Assembly (NCBI GenBank): GCA_964016885.1
Contig: OZ024740.1
Coordinates: 263,004,001-263,068,000, forward strand
Reading direction: 5' to 3'
Origin: Eledone cirrhosa
Taxonomy: Eukaryota
DNA length: 64,000 nucleotides
The notes under the pieces were generated by a model that worked only from the letters and a program-made list of their open reading frames with translations, searched no databases and was not told the DNA's origin. The position numbers were made by a program, and so were the translations under genes. This document shows positions 1 through 16,269 of the stretch, one piece after another (position 1 is the stretch's first letter; the number at the start of each line of letters is the position of its first letter).

Positions 1-3000
1 TCAACAGTAACAACAACAGTAACAACACCAGTAATAACAACAGTAACAACTACAGTAACAAAATCAGTAACACCAGTAACAACAACAGTAACAACAACAG
101 TAGCAACATCAGTAACACCAGTAACAACACCAGTAACATCAACAATAACAACACCAGTAACAACACCAGTAACAAGATCAGTAACAACAACAGTAACAAC
201 AACATTAACAACAACAGTAACAACATCAGTAACAACATCAGTAACAACATCAGTAACAACAACAGTAACAGCATCAGTAACAACAACAGTAACAACAACA
301 TTAACAACAACAGTAACAACATCAGTAACAACTTCAGTAACAACATCATTAACAACAACAGTAACAACAGCAGTAACAACACCAGTAACAACACCAGTAA
401 CAACAACAGTAACAACAACTGTAACAACATCAGTAACAACCTCAGTAACAACACCAGTAACAACACCAGTAACAATACCAGTAACAAGAACAGTAACAAC
501 ACCAGTAACAACATCAGTAACAACATCAGTAACAACATCAGTAACAACACCAGTAACAACATCAGTAACAACACCAGTAACAACACCAGTAACAACACCA
601 GTAACAACACCAGTAACAACAACAGTAACAACAACAGTAACAACAACAGTAACAACATCAGTAACAACCTCAGTAACAACACCAGTAACAACACCAGTAA
701 CAATACCAGTAACAACATCAGTAACAACACCAGTAACAACATCAGTAACAACATCAGTAACAACATAAGTAACTAACACCAGTAACAAGATCAGTAACAA
801 CATCAGTAACAACATCAGTAACTAACACCAGTAACAATACCAGTAACAACATCAGTAACAACACCAGTAACAACACCAGTAACAACATCAGTAACATCAG
901 TAACTAACACCAGAAACAACAACAGTAACAACATCAGTAACAACATCAGTAACAACATCAGTAACAACACCAGTAACAACATCGGTAACAACACCAGTAA
1001 CAACACCAGTAACAACAACAGTAACAACAACAGTAACAACAACAGTAACAACATCTGTAACAACATCAGTAACACCACCAGTAACAACACCAGTAACAAT
1101 ACCAGTAACAACATCAGTAACAACAACAGTAACAACATCGGTAACAACACCAGTAACAACAGCAGTAACACAACAGTAACAACACCAGTAACAACACCCG
1201 TAACAACAGCAGTAACAACAACAGTAACACCAACAGTAACAACATCAGTAACAACATCAGTAACAGCACCAGTAACAACACCAGTAACAATACCAGTAAC
1301 AACATCAGTAACAACACCAGTAACAACATCAGTATCAACATCAGTAACAACAACAGTAACAACATCAGTAACAACAACAGTAACAACAACAGTAACAACA
1401 TCAGTAACAACATCAGTAACAACACCAGTAACAACACCAGTAACAATACCAGTAACAACATCAGTAACAACACCAGTAACAACATCAGTAACAACATCAG
1501 TAACAACAACAGTAACAACAACAGTAACAAAACCAGTAACAAATAACAGTAACAACACCAGTAACAACATTAGTAACAACATCAGTAACAACATAAGTAA
1601 CAACATCAGTAACAACACCAGTAACAACACCAGTAACAACAACAGTAACAACACCAGTAACAACAACAGTAACAACAACACTAACAACAACAGTAACAAC
1701 ATCAGTAACAACATCAGTAACAACATCAGTAACAACAACAGTAACAACACCAGTAACAACAACAGTAACAACACCAGTAACAACACCAGTAACAACATCA
1801 GTAACAACATCAGTAACAACATAAGTAACAACATCAGTAACAACACCAGTAACAACACCAGTAACAACAACAGTAACAACACCAGTAACAACAACAGTAA
1901 CAACAACACTAACAACAACAGTAACAACACCAGTAACAACATCAGTAACAACATCAGTAACAACATCAGTTTACAACATCAGTAACAACATTAGTAACAA
2001 CAACAGTAACAACAACATTAACAACATCAGTAACAACAACAGTAACAACAGCAGTAACAACAACAGTAACAACAACAGTAACAACAACAGTAACAACAAC
2101 AGTAACAACAACAGTAACAACAACAGTAACAACATCAGTAACAACAACAGTAACAACACAAGTAACAACATCAGTAACAACAACAGTAACACCACCAGTA
2201 ACAACAACAGTAACAACACCAGTAACAACAACAGTAACAACACCAGTAACAACAACAGTAAAAACAACAGTAACAACATCAGTAACAACAACGGTAACAA
2301 CAACAGTAACAACACAAGTAACAACATCAGTAACAACAACAGTAACAACACCAGTAACAACAACAGTAACAACACCAGTAACAACAACAGTAACAACACC
2401 AGTAACAACACCAATAACAACACCAGTAACAACAACAGTAACAACAACAGTAACAACACCAGTAACAACAACAGTAACAGCACCAGTAACAACAACAGTA
2501 ACAACACCAGTAACAACAACAGTAACAACAACAGTAACAACACCAGTAACAACAACAGTAACAACAACAGTAACAACATCAGTAACAACAACAGTAACAA
2601 CACAAGTAACAACATCAGTAACAACAACAGTAACAACACCAGTAACAACAAAAGTAACAACAACAGTAACAACAACAGTAACAACACCAGTAACAACAAC
2701 AGTAACAACAACAGTAACAACATCAGTAACAACAACAGTAACATAACAAGTAACAACAACAGTAACAACAACAGTAACAACAACAGTAACAACACCAGTA
2801 ACAACAACAGTAACAACACCAGTAACAACAACAGTAACAACACCAGTAACAACAACAGTTACAACAACAGTAACAACACCAGTAACAACAACATTAACAA
2901 CAACAGTAACAACACCAGTAACAACAACAGTAACAACACCAGTAACAACATCAGTAACAACAACAGTAACAACACAAGTAACAACATCAGTAACAACACC

Positions 3001-6000
3001 AGTAACAACAACAGTAACAACAACAGTAACAACATCAGTAACAACACCAGTAACAACAACAGTAACAACAACAGTAACAACACCAGTAACAACAACAGTA
3101 ACAACAACAGTAACAACATCAGTAACAACATCAGTAACAATACCAGAAACAACAACAGTAACAACACCAGTAACAACACCAGTAATAACAACAGTAACAA
3201 CACCAGTAACAACAACAGTAACAACACCAGTAACAACATCAATAACAACAACAGTAACAACACAAGTAACAACATCAGTAACAACACCAGTAATAACAAC
3301 AGTAACAACTACAGTAACAAAATCAGTAACACCAGTAACAACAACAGTAACAACAACAGTAGCAACATCAGTAACAACACTAGTAACAACAACAGTAACA
3401 ACAATAGTAACAACACCAGTAACAACATCAGTAACAACAACAGTAACAACAACAGTAACAACAACAGTAACAACAACAGTAACAACACCAGTAACAACAT
3501 ACGTAACAACATCAGTAACAACATCAGTAACAACAATAGTAACAACAACAGTAACAACATCAGTAACAACACCAGTAACAACAACAGTAACAACATCAGT
3601 AACAACATCAGTAACAACAACAGTAACAACATCAGTAACAACACCAGTAACAACAACAGTAACAACACCAGTAACAACACCAGTAACAACATCAGTAACA
3701 ACAACAGTAACAACAACAGTAACAACACCAGTAACAACATCAGTAACAACAACAGTAACAATAACAGTAACAACATCAGTAACAACACCAGTAACAACAT
3801 CAGTAACAACAACAGTAACAACAACAGTAACAACAACAGTAACAACATCAGTAACAACATCAGTAACAACAACAGTAACAACAACAGTAACAACAACAGT
3901 AACAACAACAGTAACAACATCAGTAACAACACCAGTAACAACATCTGTAACAACAACAGTAACAACACCAGTAACAACATCAGTAACAACAACAGTAACA
4001 ACAACAGTAACAACACCAGTAACAACATCAGTAACAACAACAGTAACAACAACAGTAACAACATCAGTAACAACACCAGTAACAACAACATCTCCAGTAA
4101 CAACAACAGTAACAACACCAGTAACAACATCAGTAACAACAACAGTAACAAGACCAGTAACAACAACAGTAACAACACCAGTAACAACAACAGTAACAGC
4201 ACCAGTAACAACATCAGTAACAACATCAGTAACCACAACAGTAACAACAACAGTAACAACAACAGTAACAACAACAGTAACAACATCAGTAACAACACCA
4301 GTAAGATCATCAGTAACAACAACAGTAACACCATCAGTAACAACAACAGTAACAACAACAGTAACAACAACAGTAACAACATCAGTAACAACATCAGTAA
4401 AAACATCAGTAACAACACCAGTAACAACACCAGTAACAACATCAGTAACAACACCAGTAACAATATCAGTAACAACAACAACAGTAACAACAACAGTAAC
4501 AACACCAGTAACAACAACAGTAACAACAACAGTAACAACACCAGTAACAACACCAGTAACAACAACAGTAACAACAACAGTAACAACAACAGTAACAACA
4601 GTAACAACACATGTAACAACACCAGTAACAACATCAGTAACAACACCAGGAACAACATCAGTAACAACACCATTAACAACATCAGTAACAACAACAGTAA
4701 CAACAACAACAGTAACAACAACAGTAACAACTACAGTAACAACACCAGTAACAACAACAGTAACAACATCAGTAACAACAACAGTAACAACAACAGTAAC
4801 AACACCAGTAACAACACCAGGAACGACATCAGTAACAACAACAGTAACAACACCAGTAACAACAACAGTAACAACAACAGTAACAACAACAGTAACAACA
4901 ACAGTAACAACAACAGTAACAACATCAGTAACAACACCAGTAACAACATCAGTAATAACAACAGTAACAACAACAGTAACAACAACAGTAACAACAAAAG
5001 TAACAACACCAGTAACAACAACAGTAACAACAACAGTAACAACAACAGTAACAACAACAGTAACAACACCAGTAACAACATACGTAACAACACCAGTAAC
5101 AACACCAGTAAAAACAATAGTAACAACAACAGTAACAACATCAGTAACAACATACGTAACAACACCAGTAACAACAACAGTAACAACAGTAACAACACCA
5201 GTAACAACACCAGTAACAACATCAGTAACAACAATAGTAACAACAACAGTAACAACATCAGTAACAACATACGTAACAACACCAGTAACAACAACAGTAA
5301 CAACGGTAACAACACCAGTAACAACATCAGTAACAACACCAGTAACAACAACAGTAACAACACCAGTAACAACACCAGTAACAACAACAGTAACAACAAC
5401 AGTAACAAAATCAGTAACAACAACAGTAACAACAACAGTAACAACAACAGTAACAACACCAGTAACAACATACGTAACAACACCAGTAACAACACCAGTA
5501 AAAACAATAGTAACAACAACAGTAACAACATCAGTAACAACATACGTAACAACACCAGTAACAACAACAGTAACAACAGTAACAACACTAGTAACAACAT
5601 CAGTAACAACACCAGTAACAACAACAGTAACAACACCAGTAACAACACCAGTAACAACATCAGTAACAACAACAGTAACAACAACAGTAACAACACCAGT
5701 AACAACATCAGTAACAACAACAGTAACAACAACAGTAACAACATCAGTAACAACACCAGTAACAACATCAGTAACAACAACAGTAACAACAACAGTAACA
5801 ACAACAGTAACAACATCAGTAACAACATCAGTAATAACAACAGTAACAACAAAAGTAACAACAACAGTAACAACAACAGTAACAACATCAGTAACAACAC
5901 CAGTAACAACATCAGTAACAACAACAGTAACAACACCAGTAACAACATCAGGAACAACATCAGTAACAACAACAGTAACAACACCAGTAACAACAACAGT

Positions 6001-6506
6001 AACAACACCAGTAACAACAACAGTAACAACAACAGTAACAACACCAGTGACAACAACAGTAACAACAGCAGTAACAACACCAGTAAAAACAATAGTAACA
6101 ACAACAGTAACAACATCAGTAACAACATACGTAACAACACCAGTAACAACAACAGTAACAACAGTAACAACACCAGTAACAACATCAGTAACAACACCAG
6201 TAACAACAACAGTAACAACACCAGTAACAACACCAGTAACAACATCAGTAACAACAACAGTAACAACAACATTAACAACAACAACAGTAACAACACAGTA
6301 ACAACAACAGTAACAACAACAGTAACAACACCAGTAACAACAACAGTAACAACAACAGTAACAACATCAGTAACAACAACAGTAACAACATCAGTAACAA
6401 CATCACTAACAACATCAGTAACAATACCAGTAACAACAACAGTAACAACAACAGTAACAACAACAACAGTAACAACAACAGTAACAACAACAACAGTAAC
6501 AACACA
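1..6506 (+). repeat. More degenerate flank of the array, not part of the 21.7-kb super-unit
   Basis: Contains 13-mers (GTAACTAACACCA at 769, 818, 900; GTAACAAATAACA at 1536; GTTTACAACATCA at 1969), an 11-mer at 1165, and TAA- and CAA-ending variants not seen later. From ~4.1 kb it begins to share landmarks with the downstream higher-order repeat. Confidence 0.8.
6287..6506 (+). repeat. Paired 11-mer (phase-shift) cassette, copy 1 of 6
   Basis: GTAACAACACA units at 6287 and 6496 (209 bp apart), flanking an ATA-CCA unit and 15-mers. Confidence 0.85.
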
Positions 6507-7849
6507 GTAACAACAACAGTAACAACAACAGTAACAACACCAGTAACAACAACAGTAACAACAACAGTAACAACACCAGTAACAACACCAGTAACAACAA
6601 CATCTCCAGTAACAACAACAGTAACAACACCAGTAACAACATCAGTAACAACAACAGTAACAACAACAGTAACAACACCAGTAACAACAACAGTAACAAC
6701 ACCAGTAACAACAACAGTAACAGCACCAGTAACAATATCAGTAACAACATCAGTAACAACATCAGTAACAACAACAGTAACAACAACAGTAACAACAACA
6801 GTAACAACATCAGTAACAACACCAGTAACATCATCAGTAACAACAACAGTAACAACAACAGTAACAACAACAGTAACAACAACAGTAACAACATCAGTAA
6901 CAACATCAGTAAAAACATCAGTAACAACACCAGTAACAACACCAGTAACAACATCAGTAACAACACCAGTAACAATATCAGTAACAACAACAACAGTAAC
7001 AACAACAGTAACAACACCAGTAACAACAACAGTAACAACATCAGTAACAACACCAGTAACAAAACCAGTAACAACAACAGTAACAACAACAGTAACAACA
7101 ACAGTAACAACACATGTAACAACACCAGTAACAACATCAGTAACAACACCAGGAACAACATCAGTAACAACACCATTAACAACATCAGTAACAACAACAG
7201 TAACAACAACAACAACAGTAACAACAACAGTAACAACAACAGTAACAACACCAGTAACAACAACAGTAACAACATCAGTAACAACAACAGTAACAACAAC
7301 AGTAACAACACCAGTAACAACACCAGGAACAACATCAGTAACAACAACAGTAACAACACCAGTAACAACAACAGTAACAACACCAGTAATAACAACAGTA
7401 ACAACAACAGTAACAACAACAGTAACAACATCAGTAACAACACCAGTAACAACATCAGTAACAACAACAGTAACAACAACAGTAACAACAACAGTAACAA
7501 CAAAAGTAACAACACCAGTAACAGCATACGTAACAACACCAGTAACAACGTCAGTAACAACAATAGTAACAACAACAGTAACAACATCAGTAACAACACC
7601 AGTAACAACAACAGTAACAACAATAGTAACAACACCAGTAACAACATCAGTAACAAAAACAGTAAAAACAACAGTAACAACAACAGTAACAACAACAGTA
7701 ACAACACCAGTAACAACATACGTAACAACACCAGTAACAACATCAGTAACAACAATAGTAACAACAACAGTAACAACATCAGTAACAACACCAGTAACAA
7801 CAACAGTAACAACAATAGTAACAACACCAGTAACAACAACAGTAACAAC

Positions 7850-10800
7850 AACAGTAACAACAACAGTAACAACAACAGTAACAACAACAGTAACAACACC
7901 AGTAACAACATCAGTAACAAGACCAGTAACAACATCAGTAACAACACCAGTAACAACATCAGTAACAACAACAGTAACAACATCAGTAACAACACCAGTA
8001 ACAACAATAGCAACAACAACAGTAACAACACCAGTAACAACACCAGTAACAACATCAGTAACAACACCAGTAACAACAACAGTAACAACAACAGTAACAA
8101 CATCAGTAACAACACCAGTAACAACACCAGTAACAACACCAGTAACAACAACAGTAACAACATCAGTAACAACAACAGTAACAACATCAGTAACAACACC
8201 AGTAACAACACCAGTAACAACATGAGTAACAACAACAGTAACAACAACAGTAACAACAGTAACAACACATGTAACAACACCAGTAACAACATCAGTAACA
8301 ACACCAGGAACAACATCAGTAACAACACCAGTAACAACATCAGTAACAACAACAGTAACAACAACAACAGTAACAACAACAGTAACAACAACAGTAACAA
8401 CACCAGTAACAACAACAGTAACAACAACAGTAACAACAACAGTAACAACACCAGTAACAACACCAGGAACAACATCAGTAACAACAACAGTAACAACACC
8501 AGTAACAACAACAGTAACAACACCAGTAACAACAACAGTAACAGCAACAGTAACAACAACAGTAACAACATCAGTAACAACACCAGTAACAACATCAGTA
8601 ACAACAATAGTAACAACAACAGTAACAACATCAGTAACAACACCAGTAACAACACTAGTAACAACAACAGTAACAACAATAGTAACAACACCAGTAACAA
8701 CATCAGTAACAACAACAGTAACAACAACAGTAACAACAACAGTAACAACAACAGTAACAACACCAGTAACAACATACGTAACAACATCAGTAACAACATC
8801 AGTAACAACAACAGTAACAACACCAGTAACAACATCAGTAACAACATCAGTAACAACAACAGTAACAACATCAGTAACAACACCAGTAACAACAACAGTA
8901 ACAACACCAGTAACAACACCAGTAACAACATCAGTAACAACAACAGTAACAACAACAGTAACAACACCAGTAACAACATCAGTAACAACAACAGTAACAA
9001 CAACAGTAACAACATCAGTAACAACACCAGTAACAACATCAGTAACAACAACAGTAACAACAACAGTAACAACATCAGTAACAACATCAGTAACAACAAC
9101 AGTAACAACAACAGTAACAACAACAGTAACAACAACAGTAACAACAACAGTAACAACACCAGTAACAACATCTGTAACAACAACAGTAACAACACCAGTA
9201 ACAACATCAGTAACAACAACAGTAACAACAACAGTAACAACACCAGTAACAACATCAGTAACAACAACAGTAACAACAACAGTAACAACATCAGTAACAA
9301 CACCAGTAACAACAACATCTCCAGTAACAACAACAGTAACAACACCAGTAACAACATCAGTAACAACAACAGTAACAACACCAGTAACAACAACAGTAAC
9401 AACACGAGTAACAACAACAGTAACAGCACCAGTAACAACATCAGTAACAACATCAGTAACAACAACAGTAACAACAACAGTAACAACAACAGTAACAACA
9501 ACAGTAACAACATCAGTAACAACACCAGTAACATCATCAGTAACAACAACAGTAACAACATCAGTAACAACAACAGTAACAACAAAAGTAACAACAACAG
9601 TAACAACATCAGTAACAACACCAGTAACAACACCACTAACAACACCAGTAACAACAACAGTAACAACAACAGTAACAACAACAGTAACAACACCAGTAAC
9701 AACATCAGTAACAACACCAGTAACAACATCAGTAACAACACCAGTAACAACATCAGTAACAACAACAGTAACAACATCAGTAACAACACCAGTAACAACA
9801 ATAGCAACAACAACAGTAACAACACCAGTAACAACACCAGTAACAACATCAGTAACAACACCAGTAACAACAACAGTAACAACAACAGTAACAACATCAG
9901 TAACAACACCAGTAACAACACCAGTAACAACACCAGTAACAACAACAGTAACAACATCAGTAACAACAACAGTAACAACATCAGTAACAACACCAGTAAC
10001 AACACCAGTAACAACATGAGTAACAACAACAGTAACAACAACAGTAACAACAGTAACAACACATGTAACAACACCAGTAACAACATCAGTAACAACACCA
10101 GGAACAACATCAGTAACAACACCAGTAACAACATCAGTAACAACAACAGTAACAACAACAACAGTAACAACAACAGTAACAACAACAGTAACAACACCAG
10201 TAACAACAACAGTAACAACAACAGTAACAACAACAGTAACAACACCAGTAACAACACCAGGAACAACATCAGTAACAACAACAGTAACAACACCAGTAAC
10301 AACAACAGTAACAACACCAGTAACAACAACAGTAACAGCAACAGTAACAACAACAGTAACAACATCAGTAACAACACCAGTAACAACATCAGTAACAACA
10401 ATAGTAACAACAACAGTAACAACATCAGTAACAACACCAGTAACAACACTAGTAACAACAACAGTAACAACAATAGTAACAACACCAGTAACAACATCAG
10501 TAACAACAACAGTAACAACAACAGTAACAACAACAGTAACAACAACAGTAACAACACCAGTAACAACATACGTAACAACATCAGTAACAACATCAGTAAC
10601 AACAACAGTAACAACACCAGTAACAACATCAGTAACAACATCAGTAACAACAACAGTAACAACATCAGTAACAACACCAGTAACAACAACAGTAACAACA
10701 CCAGTAACAACACCAGTAACAACATCAGTAACAACAACAGTAACAACAACAGTAACAACACCAGTAACAACATCAGTAACAACAACAGTAACAACAACAG

Positions 10801-11370
10801 TAACAACATCAGTAACAACACCAGTAACAACATCAGTAACAACAACAGTAACAACAACAGTAACAACATCAGTAACAACATCAGTAACAACAACAGTAAC
10901 AACAACAGTAACAACAACAGTAACAACAACAGTAACAACAACAGTAACAACACCAGTAACAACATCTGTAACAACAACAGTAACAACACCAGTAACAACA
11001 TCAGTAACAACAACAGTAACAACAACAGTAACAACACCAGTAACAACATCAGTAACAACAACAGTAACAACAACAGTAGCAACATCAGTAACAACACCAG
11101 TAACAACAACATCTCCAGTAACAACAACAGTAACAACACCAGTAACAACATCAGTAACAACAACAGTAACAACACCAGTAACAACAACAGTAACAACACG
11201 AGTAACAACAACAGTAACAGCACCAGTAACAACATCAGTAACAACATCAGTAACAACAACAGTAACAACAACAGTAACAACAACAGTAACAACAACAGTA
11301 ACAACATCAGTAACAACACCAGTAACATCATCAGTAACAACAACAGTAACAACATCAGTAACAACAACAG
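7850..11370 (+). repeat. 1,794-bp internal tandem duplication (repeated in copies 2 and 3 of the super-unit)
   Basis: Marker pairs all 1,794 apart: ATA-GCA 8007/9801, TGA 8223/10017, ACTAGT 8654/10448, TCTCCA 9318/11112. The same spacing occurs at 29945/31739 and 42723/44517. Confidence 0.88.
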
Positions 11371-14300
11371 TAACAACAACAGTAACAACAACAGTAACAA
11401 CATCAGTAACAACATCAGTAAAAACATCAGTAACAACACCAGTAACAACACCAGTAACAACATCAGTAACAACACCAGTAACAATATCAGTAACAACAAC
11501 AACAGTAACAACAACAGTAACAACACCAGTAACAACAACAGTAACAACATCAGTAACAACACCAGTAACAACACCAGTAACAACAACAGTAACAACAACA
11601 GTAACAACAACAGTAACAACAGTAACAACACATGTAACAACACCAGTAACAACATCAGTAACAACACCAGGAACAACATCAGTAACAACACCATTAACAA
11701 CATCAGTAACAACAACAGTAACAACAACAACAGTAACAACAACAGTAACAACTACAGTAACAACACCAGTAACAACAACAGTAACAACATCAGTAACAAC
11801 AACAGTAACAACAACAGTAACAACACCAGTAACAACACCAGGAACAACATCAGTAACAACAACAGTAACAACACCAGTAACAACAACAGTAACAACACCA
11901 GTAACAACAACCGTAACGACAACAGTAACAACAACAGTAACAACATCAGTAACAACACCAGTAACAACATCAGTAACAACAACAGTAACAACAACAGTAA
12001 CAACAACAGTAACAACAAAAGTAACAACACCAGTAACAGCATACGTAACAACACCAGTAACAACATCAGTAACAACAATAGTAACAACAGCAGTAACAAC
12101 ATCAGTAACAACACCAGTAACAACAACAGTAACAACAATAGTAACAACACCAGTAACAACATCAGTAACAAAAACAGTAACAACAACAGTAACAACAACA
12201 GTAACAACAACAGTAACAACACCAGTAACAACATACGTAACAACACCAGTAACAACATCAGTAACAACAATAGTAACAACAACAGTAACAACATCAGTAA
12301 CAACACCAGTAACAACAACAGTAACAACAATAGTAACAACACCAGTAACAACAACAGTAACAACAACAGTAACAGCATCAGTAACAACAACAGTAACAAC
12401 AACAGTAACAACAACAGTAACAACACCAGTAACAACATACGTAACAACACCAGTAACAACAACAGTAACAACAGTAACAACACCAGTAACAACATCAGTA
12501 ACAACACCAGTAACAACAACAGTAACAACACCAGTAACAACACCAGTAACAACATGAGTAACAACAACAGTAACAACAACAGTAACAACAGTAACAACAC
12601 ATGTAACAACACCAGTAACAACATCAGTAACAACACCAGGAACAACATCAGTAACAACACCAGTAACAACATCAGTAACAACAACAGTAACAACAACAAC
12701 AGTAACAACAACAGTAACAACAACAGTAACAACACCAGTAACAACAACAGTAACAACAACAGCAACAACAACAGTAACAACAACAGTAACAACACCAGTA
12801 ACAACACCAGGAACAACATCAGTAACAACAACAGTAACAACACCAGTAACAACAACAGTAACAACACCAGTAACAACAACAGTAACAGCAACAGTAACAA
12901 CAACAGTAACAACATCAGTAACAACACCAGTAACAACATCAGTAACAACAATAGTAACAACAACAGTAACAACATCAGTAACAACACCAGTAACAACACT
13001 AGTAACAACAACAGTAACAACAATAGTAACAACACCAGTAACAACATCAGTAACAACAACAGTAACAACAACAGTAACAACAACAGTAACAACAACAGTA
13101 ACAACACCAGTAACAACATACGTAACAACATCAGTAACAACATCAGTAACAACAATAGTAACAACAACAGTAACAACATCAGTAACAACACCAGTAACAA
13201 CAACAGTAACAACATCAGTAACAACATCAGTAACAACAACAGTAACAACATCAGTAACAACACCAGTAACAACAACAGTAACAACAACAGTAACAACACC
13301 AGTAACAACATCAGTAACAACAACAGTAACAACAACAGTAACAACATCAGTAACAACACCAGTAACAACATCAGTAACAACAACAGTAACAACAACAGTA
13401 ACAACATCAGTAACAACATCAGTAACAACAACAGTAACAACAACAGTAACAACAACAGTAACAACAACAGTAACAACATCAGTAACAACACCAGTAACAA
13501 CATCTGTAACAACAACAGTAACAACACCAGTAACAACATCAGTAACAACAACAGTAACAACAACAGTAACAACACCAGTAACAACATCAGTAACAACAAC
13601 AGTAACAACATCAGTAACAACATCAGTAACAACACCAGTAACAACAACATCTCCAGTAACAACAACAGTAACAACACCAGTAACAACATCAGTAACAACA
13701 ACAGTAACAACACCAGTAACAACAACAGTAACAACACGAGTAACAACAACAGTAACAGCACCAGTAACAACATCAGTAACAACATCAGTAACAACAACAG
13801 TAACAACAACAGTAACAACAACAGTAACAACAACAGTAACAACATCAGTAACAACACCAGTAACATCATCAGTAACAACAACAGTAACAACATCAGTAAC
13901 AACAACAGTAACAACAACAGTAACAACAACAGTAACAACATCAGTAACAACATCAGTAAAAACATCAGTAACAACACCAGTAACAACACCAGTAACAACA
14001 TCAGTAACAACACCAGTAACAATATCAGTAACAACAACAACAGTAACAACAACAGTAACAACACCAGTAACAACAACAGTAACAACATCAGTAACAACAC
14101 CAGTAACAACACCAGTAACAACAACAGTAACAACAACAGTAACAACAACAGTAACAACAGTAACAACACATGTAACAACACCAGTAACAACATCAGTAAC
14201 AACACCAGGAACAACATCAGTAACAACACCATTAACAACATCAGTAACAACAACAGTAACAACAACAACAGTAACAACAACAGTAACAACTACAGTAACA

Positions 14301-16049
14301 ACACCAGTAACAACAACAGTAACAACATCAGTAACAACAACAGTAACAACAACAGTAACAACACCAGTAACAACACCAGGAACAACATCAGTAACAACAA
14401 CAGTAACAACACCAGTAACAACAACAGTAACAACACCAGTAACAACAACCGTAACGACAACAGTAACAACAACAGTAACAACATCAGTAACAACACCAGT
14501 AACAACATCAGTAACAACAACAGTAACAACAACAGTAATAACAACAGTAACAACAAAAGTAACAACACCAGTAACAGCATACGTAACAACACCAGTAACA
14601 ACATCAGTAACAACAATAGTAACAACAGCAGTAACAACATCAGTAACAACACCAGTAACAACAACAGTAACAACAATAGTAACAACACCAGTAACAACAT
14701 CAGTAACAAAAACAGTAACAACAACAGTAACAACAACAGTAACAACAACAGTAACAACACCAGTAACAACATACGTAACAACACCAGTAACAACATCAGT
14801 AACAACAATAGTAACAACAACAGTAACAACATCAGTAACAACACCAGTAACAACAACAGTAACAACAATAGTAACAACACCAGTAACAACAACAGTAACA
14901 ACAACAGTAACAACATCAGTAACAACAACAGTAACAACAACAGTAACAACAACAGTAACAACACCAGTAACAACATACGTAACAACACCAGTAACAACAA
15001 CAGTAACAACAGTAACAACACCAGTAACAACATCAGTAACAACACCAGTAACAACAACAGTAACAACACCAGTAACAACACCAGTAACAACATCAGTAAC
15101 AACAACAGTAACAACAACAGTAACAACACCAGTAACAACATCAGTAACAACAACAGTAACAACAACAGTAACAGCATCAGTAACAACACCAGTAACAACA
15201 TCAGTAACAACAACAGTAACAACAACAGTAACAACAACAGTAACAACATCAGTAACAACATCAGTAATAACAACAGTAACAACAAAAGTAACAACAACAG
15301 TAACAACAACAGTAACAACATCAGTAACAACACCAGTAACAACATCAGTAACAACAACAGTAACAACACCAGTAACAACATCAGGAACAACATCAGTAAC
15401 AACAACAGTAACAACACCAGTAACAACAACAGTAGCAACACCAGTAACAACAACAGTAACAACAACAGTAACAACACCAGTAACAACAACAGTAACAACA
15501 TCAGTAACAACACCAGTAAAAACAATAGTAACAACAACAGTAACAACATCAGTAACAACATACGTAACAACACCAGTAACAACAACAGTAACAACAGTAA
15601 CAACACCAGTAACAACATCAGTAACAACACCAGTAACAACAACAGTAACAACACCAGTAACAACACCAGTAACAACATCAGTAACAACAACAGTAACAAC
15701 AACAGTAACAACACCAGTAACAACATCAGTAACAACAACAGTAACAACAACAGTAACAACATCAGTAACAACACCAGTAACAACATCAGTAACAACAACA
15801 GGAACAACATCAGTAACGACACCAGTAACAACATCAGTAACAACAACAATAACAACAACAACAGTAACAACAACAGTAACAACAACAGTAACAACACCAG
15901 TAACAACAACAGTAACAACATCAGTAACAACAACAGTAACAACAACAGTAACAACACCAGTAACAACACCAGGAACAACATCAGTAACAACAACAGTAAC
16001 AACACCAGTAACAACAACAACAGTAACAACAACAGTAACAACAACAACA

Positions 16050-16269
16050 GTAACAACACAGTAACAACAACAGTAACAACAACAGTAACAACACCAGTAA
16101 CAACAACAGTAACAACAACAGTAACAACATCAGTAACAACAACAGTAACAACATCAGTAACAACATCAGTAACAACATCAGTAACAATACCAGTAACAAC
16201 AACAGTAACAACAACAGTAACAACAACAACAGTAACAACAACAGTAACAACAACAACAGTAACAACACA
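16050..16269 (+). repeat. Paired 11-mer cassette, copy 2
   Basis: 11-mers at 16050 and 16259; the + ORF ends at 16273. Confidence 0.85.

Noticed and set aside
6047-6301. 84-aa Thr-rich ORF starting at GTG
   Set aside because: The start is a single GTA>GTG variant inside the array, and the product is pure repeat with no signal peptide or regulatory context.
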